This document shows, piece by piece, positions 37,780 through 53,500 of a stretch of 64,000 bases of DNA (position 1 is its first letter; each line of letters starts with the position of its first letter). Where the stretch lies: the NCBI GenBank assembly GCA_030390025.1, contig CM059432.1:148120001-148184000 (forward strand), given 5' to 3'. A model generated the notes under the pieces. That model ran no database searches, was not told the origin of the DNA, and was given only the letters and a program-made list of their open reading frames with translations. Both the position numbers and the translations under genes were made by a program. Source of the DNA: Squalus acanthias (Eukaryota).

Positions 37780-39566
37780 GGGATGGGAATAGAGTCACTA
37801 AGGGATGGACAGGATAATACTGCAGGCAACGATGGAGAGATGGCAAAAATATTAAATAATTACTTTGCTTCAGTATGTACCAGGGAGATAGAAATGGTGG
37901 ACATGACATTGGATCATGAGATTAGTAATGAAATAACAACATTTAAAATAAAAAGAGGAGATTACATTAAATAAACTAATCAAACTGAAAGAGGAAAAAA
38001 AAAACCTGGTCCAGACGGATTACATCCACACAATTTTAAAGAATCTAGGGAAGAGGTAGCAGAGACATTACTACACATATTTAATAATTTGTTAAAAAAA
38101 GGTGTAGTGCCAGAGGACTAGTGGATAGCTAACGTAATATATATATTTAAGAAGGGAAATAGAACATATCCAGGGACATAGACCAGTCAGCTTAACATCG
38201 GTGGTCGAAAAATAATGGAATTCCTACTAAAGGAGAAAATAGAAGAACATCTAGAAACCAAAAATATAATAATGAATAGTCAGCATGGATTTCAAAAGGG
38301 AAAGTCTTGCTTGATCAACCTCATTGAATTTTTTGAAGAGGTAATAGAGAGAGTAGACAAGGGTAATGTAGTAGATGTAATTTATCTAGATTTTCAAAAG
38401 GCCTTCGATAAGGTACCCCATAATAGACTGATGAACAAGGTCAGAGAATGCGGAGTCAGGGGAAAAGTAGCACATTGGATAGCTAGCTGGCTTTAAGACA
38501 GAAGAATGGGGGAAAAGGGTAACTATTCACAGTGGCAGAAAGTGGGTAGTAGTGTTCCACAAGGATCAGTGCTGAGATCAGTGTTGTTCACAATTTATAT
38601 TAACAATTTAGACTTTGGAATCAAACGCAATTTCTAAATTTGCGGATGACACCAAATTAGGGGGGATAGTCAATACTGAGGAGGAATGCAACAAATTACA
38701 GGAGGACATTAATAAACTTGCAGAATGGGCATATAATTGGCAAATGAATTTCAACACAGATAAATGTGAGGTAGTATATTTTGGTAGGAAGAATAGGGAG
38801 GTCACATATTACTTGGAGGGTGTGAGTCTAGGTGGGGTAGAGGAACAAAGGGATCTAGGAGTACAAATACACAAATCACTAAAAGTTGCGACAGGTTAAC
38901 AAGGCCATAAAAAAAGCAAACCAAGCACTAGGGTTTATTTCTAGAGGGATAGAATTGAAAAGTAGTGAAGTTATGCTGAACCTGTATTGAACCTTGGTTA
39001 GACCACACTTGGAGTACTGCGTACAGTTCTGGTCGTCATATTATAGAAAGGATATAGAGGCACTGGAGAGGGTGCAGAGAAGATTTACAAGGATGATACC
39101 AGAAATGCGAGGGTATACATATCAGGAAAAAATGAACAGGCTGGGACTCTTTTCACTTGAAAAAAGAAGGCTGTGGGGTGACCTAATAGAGGTCTTTAAA
39201 ATGATGAAAGGTTTCGATAGAGTAGATACAGAGAGAATGTTTCCACTTGTGGGGAAGAGCATAACTAGAGGCCATCAATATAAGATAGTCACCAAAAATC
39301 CAAATGGGAATTCAGAAGAAACTTCTTTACCCAGAGAGTGGTGAGAATGTGGAACTCGCTACCACAGGGAGTGGTTGAAGCGAATAGTATAGATGCAATT
39401 AAGGGGAGACTAGACAAGCATATGAGGGAGAAGGGAATAGAGGGTTATACTGACAGAGTTAGATGAGGAAAGACGGGAGGAGGCTCGTGTGGAGCATAAA
39501 CGCCGGCATGGACTGGTTGGGCCGAATGGCCTGTTTCTGTGCTGTATATCCTATGAAATCCTATGT
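37780..39566 (+). mobile_element. CR1 LINE ORF2 RT region plus 3' UTR (AT-richer subfamily)
   Basis: QHGFQKGKSCLINL..VDVIYLDFQKAFDKVPH, ISKFADDTKL, VRPHLEYCVQFWS; ATCCTATG tail. Confidence 0.92.
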
Positions 39567-39574
39567 AATTCTAA

Positions 39575-40925
39575 CCTCTGTATCTTTAGCCATCCAGGGA
39601 CCTCCTTTCTCCCTCATAGGAATGTCTATTCTTTACCTGAAACATTTCCTCTATGAAAGCCTCCCAATGTGCAATTACTGTTTTGCCGACCAATTTTTGA
39701 TTCCAATCAACCTGGGCTAGATCCCTTTTCAATAGATGACTTGGGCCTGCAGATCACCAAGCTTGTTTACCACGCTCTGTACACTTATGTACATGCAGTC
39801 CAAACCCATCTTAGACTGCTTCGCTTTTGCCCCCTAACTGATCCCTCCTATTTCTGAACTATTCTTTGCTCTATTGCTATTTGCCTCTTCCAGTCCTCTG
39901 TGTACCTTGTTTCTCCTCTCTAATGTTTCATCCTGGTGCCCATCCTCTGCCAAATTAGTTTAAACCCTTCCCCACAGTACGAGTTAACCTTCCTGCTAGT
40001 CCATTGGTCCCAGCTCTGTTGAGGTGAAATCCATCTACCTTGAACAGGTCCCTCTTGCCCCAGAACTGGTCCCAATGACCCAGGAATCTGAAGCCCTCCC
40101 TCCTGCACCATTTCTCCAGCCACGCATTAACCTGTTTTATCCTACTATTCCTATACTCACTAACGCGTGGCACTGGGAGTAATCCAGAGATGACTAACTT
40201 TTGAGGTCCTGCTTTGTAACTTCCTCCCTAGCTCCTAAAACTCTAATGGCAGGACGTCAACCCTTTTCCTTCCTATGTCATTGGATCCCACATGGACCAC
40301 GACTTCTGGCTGCTCCCCTTCCCCCTTAAAATTTCCTGCACACTCTCAGCGATGTCCTTTACCCTGGTACCAGGGAGGCAACACACCGTGTGGGATTCAC
40401 ATCGATGGTTGCGGAAACACCTGTCTATTCCCTTGACTGTCGAATCCCCTATGACCACTGAGTTTCTACACTTTGCTGTGCCCCCCCTGTGCAGTCATTT
40501 GGCCCACAGTGCCGTGGATGTGTTCTAGACTGCACCCACCACCCCCCCCCACCCCCCAAGCTGTCGTCCCCCTCAGTGGTATTCAGTGTTAAAACCTGGT
40601 TTGAGAGTGCCACACTCCTGGAGGATTCCTGCACAGCCTGCCTCTTCCTACCATGCTGGATGACACCCACTTCCTATCCTCCTGAACTCTCTGTAGCTGC
40701 ACGATGACCACCTCCTGGAACGTGCGCTCCAGGAAATTCCCAACCTTCAGTAAGCCCTGCAGTGATTCCAGCCGCTCCCCAACCTCAGAAACCCTGAGCT
40801 TGAGTTCGACCAACCGGAGGCACTTCCTGCACATGTGGTTGTCCAGGATACATGAATCATTCTGGAGTTCCTACACGGCACATGAATTGCAGGCAATGGG
40901 TCTCAGCTGTCCTATCATTTTGCTT
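39575..40925 (-). mobile_element. CR1 5' region: ORF1 (zinc finger/leucine zipper plus SGNH esterase), decayed
   Basis: ATG at 40918; CNSC..CRKC..LKLRVSEVGERLESL; VIGDSTVKG; VCCLPG; VNAWLEKWCRREGFRF; DGFHLNRAGTN. Confidence 0.87.
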
Positions 40926-41149
40926 AAAAAAAAAACTTTCGATCTAATTAATTACTCTGATATTTACATATTTACTGTTGCCCCAAATTGTGGAATTGTT
41001 AAGCGGAACAAAATGATGGGGAATACGTATAGTCGAATCTGTGAATGGAAAATCAATGATTGAAAATCTGTGAGTGAGAATATGTGATGGGGAATCAACC
41101 ACAAGAACTGCAATGGGGAAATTGCAATGGGGAATCTGTGAGGGGGAAT

Positions 41150-41401
41150 CACCAACACCTCCAAGTTCCCCTCCAAGTCACACACTATCCTGACTTGGAA
41201 GTATATCGCCGTTCCTTTGTCGTCGCTGGGTCAAAATCCTGGAACTCCTTCCCTAACAGCACTGTGGGAGTACCTTCGCCAGGTGGACTGTAGCGGTTCA
41301 AAAAGGCGGCTCACCACCACCTTCTCAAGGGCAATTAGGGATGGGCAATAAATGCTGGCCTTGCCAGCGACGCCCACATCCCATGAACGAATAAAAAAAA
41401 A
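41150..41401 (+). mobile_element. Second LINE family 3' tail inserted into the satellite margin
   Basis: Matches 10650-10900 and ends CCCATGAACGAATAAAAAAAAA; degenerate satellite units on both sides. Confidence 0.88.
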
Positions 41402-41565
41402 TCAGCTCCTGGAGAATCAGTGATGGAGAACCTGTAAATGAAAATTTCTGATGGAGAATTTGTGATGCAGAATCTACTCATGGAGAATCACGTGATGTGG
41501 CATCTGTGGGGGATCTGTAAAGAGGAATTTGTGAATAAGAATCTATGATGGAGAACCTGTGATAA

Positions 41566-44500
41566 GGAATCAGTGATGGGAATCAGTGATGGGGAATCAG
41601 TAATGGGGATTCAGTGATGGGGAATCAATGATGGGAATCAGTGATGGGATTCAGCGATGGGATTCAGCGATGGGGAATCAGTGATGGAAATCAGTTATGG
41701 GATTCAGCAATGGGGAATCAGTGATGGGAATCAGTGATGGGAAATTGTGATGGGAATCAGTGATGGGGAATCAGTGATGGGAATCAGTGATGGGAAATTG
41801 TGATGGGAATCAGTGAATGGGGAATCAGTGATGGGGAATCAGTGATGGGGAATCAGTGATGGGAATCAGTGAATGGGGAATCAGTGATGGGGAATCAGTG
41901 ATGGGAATCAGTGATGGGAAATTGTGATGGGGAATCAGTGATGGGAATCAGTGATGGGAAATTGTGATGGGAAATCAGTGATGAGGAATCTGTGAATGGG
42001 GAATCGGTGAATGGATAATCTGTGAATGGGAAATCTCCGATGGGGAATCAGTGATGGGAAATTGTGATCGGAATCAGTGATGAGGAATCAGTGATGGGAA
42101 TCAGTGAATGGGGAATCAGTGATGAGGAATCAGTGATGGGGAATCAGTGAATGGGGAATCAGTGATGGGAATCAGTGATGGGAAATCAGTGATGGGGAAT
42201 CAGTTATGGGAATCAGTGATGGGAATCAGTGATGGGAAATCAGTGATGGGAATCAGTGATGGGAATCAGTAATGGGAAATCAGTGATGGGGAATCAGTTA
42301 TGGGAATCAGTGATGGGAATCAGTGATGGGAAATCAGTGATGGGAATCAGTGATGGGAATCAGTGCATGGGGAATCAGTGATGGGAAATCAGTGATGGAA
42401 AATCAGTGATGGGAATCAGTGATGGGAATCAGTGCATGGCGAATCAGTGATGGGGAATCAGTGATGGGAATCAGTGATGGGGAATCAGTGATGGGGAATC
42501 AGTGATGGGGAATCAGTGATGGGGAATCAGTGATGGGAATCAGTGATGGGGAATCAGTGATGGGAATCAGTGACGGGAATCAGTGATGGGGAATCAGTGA
42601 TGGGAATCAGTGAATGGGGAATCAGTTATGAGGAATCAGTGATGGGGAATCAGTGATGGGGAATCAGTGATGGGGAATCAGTGATGGGAATCAGTGATGG
42701 GGAATCAGTGATGGGGAATCAGTGACGGGAATCAGTGATGGGGAATCAGTGATGGGAATCAGTGAATGGGGAATCAGTTATGAGGAATCAGTGATGGGGA
42801 ATCAGTGATGGGGAATCAGTGATGGGGAATCAGTGATGGGGAATAAGTTATGGGAATCAGTGAATGGGGAATCAGTTATGAGAAATCAGTGATGGGGAAT
42901 CAGTGATGGGGAATCAGTGATGGGGAATCAGTGAATGGGGAATCAGTGATGGGGAATCAGTTATGAGGAATCAGTGATGGGAATCAGTGATGGGGAATCA
43001 GTGATGGGGAATCAGTTATGAGGAATCAGTGAGGGGAATCAGTGATGGGGAATCAGTGAATGGGGAATCAGTTATGAGGAATCAGTGATGGGAATCAGTG
43101 ATGGGAATCAGTGATGGGAATCAGTGATGGGAATCAGTGATGGGAATCAGTGATGGGGAATCAGTGATGGGGAATCAGTGATGGGAATCAGTGATGGGAA
43201 ATCAGTGATGGGGAATCAGTGAATGGGGAATCAGTTATGAGGAATCAGTGATGGGAATCAGTGAATGGGGAATCAGTTATGAGGAATCAGTGATGGGAAT
43301 CAGTGATGGGGAATCAGTGATGGGAAATCAGTGATGGGGAATCAGTGAATGGGGAATCAGTTATGAGGAATCAGTGATGGGGAATCAGTGATGGGGAATC
43401 AGTGATGGGGAATCAGTGATGGGGAATCAGTGATGGGGAATCAGTGATGGGGAATCAGTGATGGGGAATCAGTGATGGGGAATCAGTTATGAGGAATCAG
43501 TGATGGAGAATCAGTGATGGGGAATCAGTGATGGGGAATCAGTGATGGAGAATCAGTGATGGGGAATCAGTGATGGGGAATCAGTGATGGGGAATCAGTG
43601 ATGGGGAATCAGTGATGGGGAATCAGTGATGGGGAATCAGTGATGGGGAATCAGTGATGGGGAATCAGTTATGAGGAATCAGTGATGGAGAATCAGTGAT
43701 GGGGAATCAGTGATGGGGAATCAGTGAATGGGGAATCAGTTATGAGGAATCAGTGATGGGAATCAGTTATGAGGAATCAGTGATGGGGAATCAGTGATGG
43801 GGAATCAGTGATGGAGAATCAGTGATGGGGAATCAGTGAATGGGGAATCAGTGATGGGGAATCAGTGATGGGAATCAGTTATGAGGAATCAGTGATGGAG
43901 AATCAGTGATGGGGAATCAGTGATGGGGAATCAGTTATGAGGAATCAGTGATGGGAATCAGTTATGAGGAATCAGTGATGGGAATCAGTTATGAGGAATC
44001 AGTGATGGGGAATCAGTGAATGGGGAATCAGTTATGAGGAATCAGTGATGGGAATCAGTTATGAGGAATCAGTGATGGGGAATCAGTGATGGGGAATCAG
44101 TTATGAGGAATCAGTGATGGGGAATCAGTGATGGGGAATCAGTGATGGGGAATCAGTTATGAGGAATCAGTGATGGAGAATCAGTGATGGGGAATCAGTG
44201 ATGGGGAATCAGTGATGGGAATCAGTGATGGGAATCAGTGATGGGGAATCAGTGATGGAGAATCAGTGATGGGGAATCAGTGATGGGGAATCAGTGATGG
44301 GAATCAGTGATGGGAAATCAGTTATGAGGAATCAGTGATGGGGAATCAGTGATGGGAATCAGTGATGGGGAATCAGTGATGGGGAATCAGTGATGGGGAA
44401 TCAGTGATGGGGAATCAGTGAATGGGGAATCAGTGATGGGGAATCAGTGATGGGGAATCAGTTCTGGGGAATCAGTGATGGGAATCAGTGATGGGGAATC

Positions 44501-47500
44501 AGTGATGGGAAATCAGTGATGGGGAATCAGTGATGGGGAATCAGTTATGGGGAATCAGTGATGGGAATCAGTTATGAGGAATCAGTGATGGGGAATCAGT
44601 GATGAGGAATCAGTTATGGGGAATCAGTGATGGGAATCAGTTATGAGGAATCAGTGATGGGGAATCAGTGATGGGGAATCAGTGATGGGAATCAGTTATG
44701 GGGAATCAGTGATGGGAATCAGTTATGAGGAATCAGTGATGGGGAATCAGTGATGGGGAATCAGTGATGGGGAATCAGTGATGGGGAATCAGTTATGAGG
44801 AATCAGTGATGGGGAATCAGTGATGAGGAATCAGTTATGGGGAATCAGTGATGGGGAATCAGTTATGAGGAATCAGTGATGGGAATCAGTGATGGGGAAT
44901 CAGTTATGAGGAATCAGTGATGGGGAATCAGTGATGGGAATCAGTGATGGGGAATCAGTGATGGGAATCAGTGATGGGAATCAGTGATGGGAATCAGTGA
45001 TGGGAATCAGTGATGGGGAATCAGTGATGGGAATCAGTGATGGGAATCAGTGATGGGGAATCAGTGATGGGGAATCAGTGATGGGAATCAGTGATGGGAA
45101 TCAGTGATGGGAATCAGTGATGGGAATCAGTGATGGGAATCAGTGATGGGAATCAGTGATGGGAATCAGTGATGGGAATCAGTGATGGGAATCAGTGATG
45201 GGAATCAGTGATGGGAATCAGTGATGGGAATCAGTGATGGGGAATCAGTGATGGGAATCAGTGATGGGAAATCAGTGAATGGGGAATCAGTGATGGGAAT
45301 CAGTGATGGGAATCAGTGATGGGAATCAGTGATGGGAATCAGTGATGGGGAATCAGTGATGGGAATCAGTGATGGGGAATCAGTGATGGGAATCAGTGAT
45401 GGGAATCAGTGATGGGGAATCAGTGATGGGAATCAGTGATGGGAATCAGTGATGGGAAATCAGTGATGGGAATCAGTGATGGGAATCAGTGATGGGAATC
45501 AGTGATGGGAATCAGTGATGGGAATCAGGTGAATCAGTGATGGGAATCAGTGATGGGAATCAGTGATGGGAATCAGTGATGGAATCAGTGATGGGAATCA
45601 GTGATGGGAATCAGTGATGGGAATCAGTGATGGGGAATCAGTGATGGGAATCAGTGATGGGAATCAGTGATGGGAATCAGTGATGGGGAATCAGTGATGG
45701 GAATCAGTGATGGGAATCAGTGATGGGGAATCAGTGATGGGAATCAGTGATGGGAATCAGTGATGGGAATCAGTGATGGGAATCAGTGATGGGGAATCAG
45801 TGATGGGAATCAGTGATGGGAATCAGTGAGGGAATCAGTGATGGGAATCAGTGATGGGAATCAGTGATGGGAATCAGTGATGGGAATCAGTGATGGGAAA
45901 TCAGTGATGGGAATCAGTGATGGGGAATCAGTGATGGGAATCAGTGATGGGAATCAGTGATGGGGAATCAGTGATGGGAATCAGTGATGGGAATCAGTGA
46001 TGGGAATCAGTGATGGGAATCAGTGATGGGAATCAGTGATGGGAATCAGTGATGGGGAATCAGTGATGGGAATCAGTGATGGGAATCAGTGATGGGGAAT
46101 CAGTGAATGGGGAATCAGTGATGGGAATCAGTGATGGGAATCAGTGATGGGAATCAGTGATGGGAATCAGTGATGGGAATCAGTGATGGGAAATCAGTGA
46201 TGGGAAATCAGTGATGGGAAATCAGTGATGGGAATCAGTGATGGGAATCAGTGATGGGAATCAGTGATGGGAATCAGTGATGGGAATCAGTGATGGGGAA
46301 TCAGTGAATGGGGAATCAGTGATGGGAATCAGTGATGGGAATCAGTGATGGGGAATCAGTGATGGGAATCAGTGATGGGAATCAGTGAATGGGGAATCAG
46401 TGATGGGAATCAGTGATGGGAATCAGTGATGGGAATCAGTGATGGGAATCAGTGATGGGAATCAGTGATGGGAATCAGTGATGGGAAATCAGTGATGGGG
46501 AATCAGTGATGGGAATCAGTGATGGGAATCAGTGATGGGAATCAGTGATGGGAATCAGTGATGGGGAATCAGTGATGGGAATCAGTGATGGGAATCAGTG
46601 ATGGGAATCAGTGATGGGAATCAGTGATGGGAATCAGTGATGGGAATCAGTGATGGGAATCAGTGATGGGAATCAGTGATGGGAATCAGTGATGGGAATC
46701 AGTGATGGGAATCAGTGATGGGAATCAGTGATGGAATCAGTGATGGGAATCAGTGATGGGAATCAGTGATGGGAATCAGTGATGGGAATCAGTGATGGGA
46801 ATCAGTGATGGGAATCAGTGATGGGAATCAGTGATGGGAATCAGTGATGGGGAATCAGTGATGGGAATCAGTGATGGGAATCAGTGATGGGAATCAGTGA
46901 TGGGAATCAGTGATGGGAATCAGTGATGGGGAATCAGTGATGGGGAATCAGTGAATGGGAATCAGTGATGGGGAATCAGTGATGGGGAATCAGTGAATGG
47001 GGAATCAGTGATGGGAATCAGTGATGGGAATCAGTGATGGGGAATCAGTGATGGGGAATCAGTGATGGGAATCAGTGATGGGGAATCAGTGATGGGAATC
47101 AGTGATGGGGAATCAGTGATGGGAATCAGTTATGAGGAATCAGTGATGGAGAATCAGTGATGGGGAATCAGTGATGGGAATCAGTGAATGGGGAATCAGT
47201 GATGGGAATCAGTGAATGGGGAATCAGTGATGGGAATCAGTGATGGGAATCAGTGATGGAGAATCAGTGATGGGAATCAGTGATGGGAAATCAGTGATGG
47301 GGAATCAGTGAATGGGGAATCAGTGATGGGAATCAGTGATGGGAATCAGTGATGAGGAATCAGTGATGGGAATCAGTGATGGGAATCAGTGATGGGAATC
47401 AGTGATGGGAATCAGTGATGGGAATCAGTGATGGGAATCAGTGATGGGAATCAGTGATGAGAATCAGTGATGGGAATCAGTGATGGGAATCAGTGATGGG

Positions 47501-50500
47501 AATCAGTGATGGGAATCAGTGATGGGAATCAGTGATGGGAATCAGTGATGGGAATCAGTGATGGGAATCAGTGATGGGGAATCAGTGATGGGAATCAGTT
47601 ATGGGAATCAGTGATGGGAATCAGTTATGGGAATCAGTGATGGGAATCAGTGATGGGAAATCAGTGATGGGAATCAGTGATGGGAAATCAGTGAATGGGA
47701 AATCAGTGATGGGAATCAGTGATGGGGAATCAGTGAATGGGGAATCAGTGATGGGAATCAGTGATGGGAATCAGTGAATGGGGAATCAGTGATGGGAATC
47801 AGTGATGGGAATCAGTGATGGGGAATCAGTTATGAGGAATCAGTGATGGGAATCAGTGATGGGAATCAGTGATGGGAAATCAGTGATGGGAAATCTGTGA
47901 TGGGAATCAGTGATGGGAATCAGTGATGGGAATCAGTGATGGGAATCAGTGAATGGGGAATCAGTGATGGGAATCAGTGATGGGAATCAGTGATGGGAAT
48001 CAGTGATGGGAATCAGTGATGGGAATCAGTGATGGGAATCAGTGATGGGAATCAGTGATGGGAATCAGTGATGGGAAATCAGTGATGGGGAATCAGTGAT
48101 GGGAATCAGTGATGGGAATCAGTGATGGGAATCAGTGATGGGGAATCAGTGATGGGAATCAGTGATGGGGAATCAGTGATGGGAATCAGTGATGGGAATC
48201 AGTGATGGGGAATCAGTGATGGGAATCAGTGATGGGAATCAGTGATGGGAATCAGTGATGGGGAATCAGTGATGGGAATCAGTGATGGGAATCAGTGATG
48301 GGAATCAGTGATGGGAATCAGTGATGGGAATCAGTGATGGGAATCAGTGATGGGGAATCAGTGATGGGAATCAGTGATGGGATGGGAATCAGTGATGGGA
48401 ATCAGTGATGGGGAATCAGTGATGGGAATCAGTGATGGGAATCAGTGATGGGAATCATTGATGGGAATCAGGTGAATGGGAATCAGTGATGGAATCAGTG
48501 ATGGGAATCAGTGATGGGAATCAGTGATGGGAATCAGTGATGGGAATCAGTGATGGGAATCAGTGATGGGAATCAGTGAATGGGGAATCAGTGATGGGAA
48601 TCAGTGATGGGAATCAGTGATGGGAATCAGTGATGGGAATCAGTGATGGGGAATCAGTGATGGGAATCAGTGATGGGAATCAGTGATGGGAATCAGTGAT
48701 GGGAATCAGTGATGGGGAATCAGTGATGGGAATCAGTGATGGGAATCAGTGATGGGAATCAGTGATGGGAATCATGATGGGAATCAGTGATGGGAATCAG
48801 TGATGGGAATCAGTGATGGGAATCAGTGATGGGAATCAGTGATGGGAATCAGTGATGGGAATCAGTGATGGGAATCAGTGATGGGAATCAGTGATGGGAA
48901 TCAGTGATGGGAATCAGTGATGGGAATCAGTGATGGGAATCAGTGATGGGAATCAGTGATGGGAATCAGTGATGGGAATCAGTGATGGGAATCAGTGATG
49001 GGAATCAGTGATGGGAATCAGTGATGGGAATCAGTGATGGGAATCAGTGATGGGAATCAGTGATGGGAATCAGTGATGGGAATCAGTGATGGGAATCAGT
49101 GATGGGAATCAGTGATGGGAATCAGTGATGGGAATCAGTGATGGGAATCAGTGATGGGAATCAGTGATGGGAATCAGTGATGGAATCAGTGATGGGAATC
49201 AGTGATGGGAATCAGTGATGGGAATCAGTGATGGGAATCAGTGATGGGAATCAGTGATGGGAATCAGTGATGGGAATCAGTGATGGGAATCAGTGATGGG
49301 AATCAGTGATGGGAATCAGTGATGGGAATCAGTGATGGGAAATCAGTGATGGGAATCAGTGATGGGAATCAGTGATGGGAATCAGTGATGGGAATCAGTG
49401 ATGGGAATCAGTGATGGGAATCAGTGATGGGAATCAGTGATGGGAATCAGTGATGGGAATCAGTGATGGGAAATCAGTGATGGGAATCAGTGATGGGAAT
49501 CAGTGATGGGAATCAGTGATGGGAATCAGTGATGGGAATCAGTGATGGGAATCAGTGATGGGAATCAGTGATGGGAATCAGTGATGGGAATCAGTGATGG
49601 GAATCAGTGATGGGAATCAGTGATGGGAATCAGTGATGGGAATCAGTGATGGGAATCAGTGATGGGAATCAGTGATGGGAATCAGTGATGGGAATCAGTG
49701 ATGGGGAATCAGTGATGGGAATCAGTGATGGGAATCAGTGATGGGAATCAGTGATGGGAATCAGTGATGGGAATCAGTGATGGGAATCAGTGATGGGAAT
49801 CAGTGATGGGAATCAGTGATGGGAATCAGTGATGGGAATCAGTGATGGGGAATCAGTGATGGGAATCAGTGATGGGAATCAGTTATGAGGAATCAGTGAT
49901 GGGGAATCAGTGATGGGAATCAGTGATGGGGAATCAGTGATGGGAAATCAGTGATGGGAATCAGTGATGGGGAATCAGTGATGGGAAATCAGTGATGGGG
50001 AATCAGTGATGGGAATCAGTGATGGGAATCAGTGATGGGAATCAGTGATGGAATCAGTGATGGGAATCAGTGATGGGAATCAGTGATGGGAATCAGTGAT
50101 GGGGAATCAGTGATGGGAATCAGTGATGGGGAATCAGTGATGGGAATCAGTGATGGGAATCAGTGATGGGGAATCAGTGATGGGAAATCAGTGATGGGAA
50201 TCAGTGATGGGAATCAGTGATGGGGAATCAGTGATGGGAATCAGTGATGGGGAATCAGTGATGAGGAATCAGTGATGGGAATCAGTGATGGGAATCAGTG
50301 ATGGGAAATCAGTGATGGGAATCAGTGATGGGAATCAGTGATGGGGAATCAGTGATGGGAATCAGTGATGGAATCAGTGATGGGAAATCAGTGATGGGAA
50401 TCAGTGATGGGAATCAGTGATGGGAATCAGTGATGGGAATCAGTGATGGGAATCAGTGATGGGAAATCAGTGATGGGAATCAGTGATGGGGAATCAGTGA

Positions 50501-53500
50501 TGGGGAATCAGTGATGGGAATCAGTGATGGGAATCAGTGATGGGAATCAGTGATGGGAATCAGTGATGGGAATCAGTGATGGGAATCAGTGAATGGGGAA
50601 TCAGTGATGGGAATCAGTGATGGGAATCAGTGATGGGAATCAGTGATGGGAATCAGTGATGGGAATCAGTGATGGGAATCAGTGATGGGAATCAGTGATG
50701 GGAATCAGTGATGGGAATCAGTGATGGGAATCAGTGATGGGAAATCAGTGATGGGAAATCAGTGATGGGAATCAGTGATGGGAATCAGTGATGGGAATCA
50801 GTGATGGGAATCAGTGATGGGAATCAGTGATGGGAATCAGTGATGGAATCAGTGATGGGAAATCAGTGATGGGAATCATTGATGGGAATCAGTGATGGGA
50901 ATCAGTGATGGGAATCAGTGATGGGGAATCAGTGATGGGAATCAGTGATGGGAATCAGTGATGGGAATCAGTGATGGGAATCAGTGATGGGAATCAGTGA
51001 TGGGAATCAGTGATGGGAATCAGTGATGGGAATCAGTGATGGGAATCAGTGATGGGAAATCAGTGAATGGGGAATCAGTGATGGGAATCATTGATGGGAA
51101 TCAGTGATGGGAAATCAGTGATGGGAATCAGTGATGGGGAATCAGTGATGGGAATCAGTGATGGGAATCAGTGATGGGAATCAGTGATGGGAATCAGTGA
51201 TGGGAATCAGTGATGGGAATCAGTGATGGGAATCAGTGATGGGAATCAGTGATGGGAAATCAGTGAATGGGGAATCAGTGATGGGAATCAGTGATGGGAA
51301 ATCAGTGATGGGAATCAGTGAGGAATCAGTGATGGGAATCAGTGATGGGAATCAGTGATGGGAATCAGTGATGGGAATCAGTGATGGGGAATCAGTGATG
51401 GGAATCAGTGATGGGAATCAGTGATGGGGAATCAGTGATGGGAATCAGTGATGGGAATCAGTGAATGGGAATCAGTGATGGGAATCAGTGATGGGAATCA
51501 GTGATGGGAATCAGTGATGGGAATCAGTGATGGGAATCATTGATGGGAATCAGTGATGGGAATCAGTGATGGGAATCAGTGATGGGAATCAGTGATGGGG
51601 AATCAGTGATGGGGAATCAGTGATGGGAATCAGTGATGGGGAATCAGTGATGGGAATCAGTGAATGGGGAATCAGTGATGGGAATCAGTGATGGGGAATC
51701 AGTGATGGGAATCAGTGATGGGAATCAGTGATGGGGAATCAGTGATGGGGAATCAGTGATGGGGAATCAGTGATGGGAATCAGTGATGGGAATCAGTGAT
51801 GGGAATCAGTGATGGGGAATCAGTGATGGGAATCAGTGATGGGAATCAGTGATGGGAATCAGTGATGGGGAATCAGTGATGGGGAATCAGTGATGGGAAT
51901 CAGTGATGGGAATCAGTGATGGGAATCAGTGATGGGAATCAGTGATGGGGAATCAGTGATGGGGAATCAGTGATGGGAATCAGTGAATGGGGAATCAGTG
52001 ATGGGAATCAGTGATGGGAATCAGTGATGGGAATCAGTGATGGGAATCAGTGATGGGAATCAGTGATGGGAATCAGTGAATGGGGAATCAGTGATGGGAA
52101 TCAGTGATGGGAATCAGTGATGGGAATCAGTGATGGGAATCAGTGATGGGAATCAGTGATGGGAATCAGTGATGGGAATCAGTGATGGGAATCAGTGATG
52201 GGGAATCAGTGATGAGGAATCAGTGATGGGGAATCAGTGATGGGAATCAGTGATGGGGAATCAGTGATGGGAATCAGTGATGGGAATCAGTGATGGGAAT
52301 CAGTGATGGGAATCAGTGATGGGAATCAGTGATGGGAATCAGTGATGGGAATCAGTGATGGGAATCAGTGATGGGAATCAGTGATGGGAATCAGTGATGG
52401 GAATCAGTGATGGGGAATCAGTGATGGGGAATCAGTGATGGGAATCAGTGATGGGAATCAGTGATGGGGAATCAGTGATGGGAATCAGTGAATGGGAATC
52501 AGTGATGGGAATCAGTGATGGGAATCAGTGATGGGAATCAGTGATGGGAATCAGTGATGGGAATCAGTGATGGGAATCAGTGATGGGAATCAGTGATGGG
52601 AATCAGTGATGGGAATCAGTGATGGGAATCAGTGATGGGAATCAGTGATGGGAAATCAGTGATGGGAATCAGTGATGGGAATCAGTGATGGGAATCAGTG
52701 ATGGGAATCAGTGATGGGGAATCAGTGATGGGGAATCAGTGATGGGGAATCAGTGATGGGAAATCAGTTATGGGAATCAGTGATGGGAATCAGTGATGGG
52801 GAATCAGTGATGGGGAATCAGTGATGGGGAATCAGTGATGGGGAATCAGTGATGGGAAATCAGTGATGGGAATCAGTGATGGGGAATCAGTGATGGGAAT
52901 CAGTGATGGGGAATCAGTGATGGGAATCAGTGATGGGGAATCAGTGATGGGGAATCAGTGATGGGAAATCAGTTATGAGGAATCAGTGATGGGGAATCAG
53001 TGATGGGAATCAGTGATGGGAATCAGTGATGGGGAATCAGTGATGGGAATCAGTGATGGGAATCAGTGATGGGAATCAGTGATGGGAATCAGTGATGGGG
53101 AATCAGTTATGAGGAATCAGTGATGGGAATCAGTGATGGGAATCAGTGATGGGGAATCAGTGAATGGGGAATCAGTGATGGGAATCAGTGATGGGAATCA
53201 GTGATGGGAATCAGTGATGGGAAATCAGTGATGGGAATCAGTGATGGGAATCAGTGATGGGAATCAGTGATGGGAATCAGTGATGGGAATCAGTGATGGG
53301 AATCAGTGATGGGAATCAGTGATGGGAATCAGTGATGGGAATCAGTGATGGGAATCAGTGATGGGAATCAGTGATGGGAATCAGTGATGGGAATCAGTGA
53401 TGGGAATCAGTGATGGGAATCAGTGATGGGAATCAGTGATGGGAATCAGTGATGGGAATCAGTGATGGGAATCAGTGATGGGAATCAGTGATGGGAATCA

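Noticed and set aside
37720..37780. Complete MITE starting GGGCCAGAATTTTCCC
   Set aside because: Only one TIR-like end is visible and no partner was found; probably a deletion remnant between two CR1s
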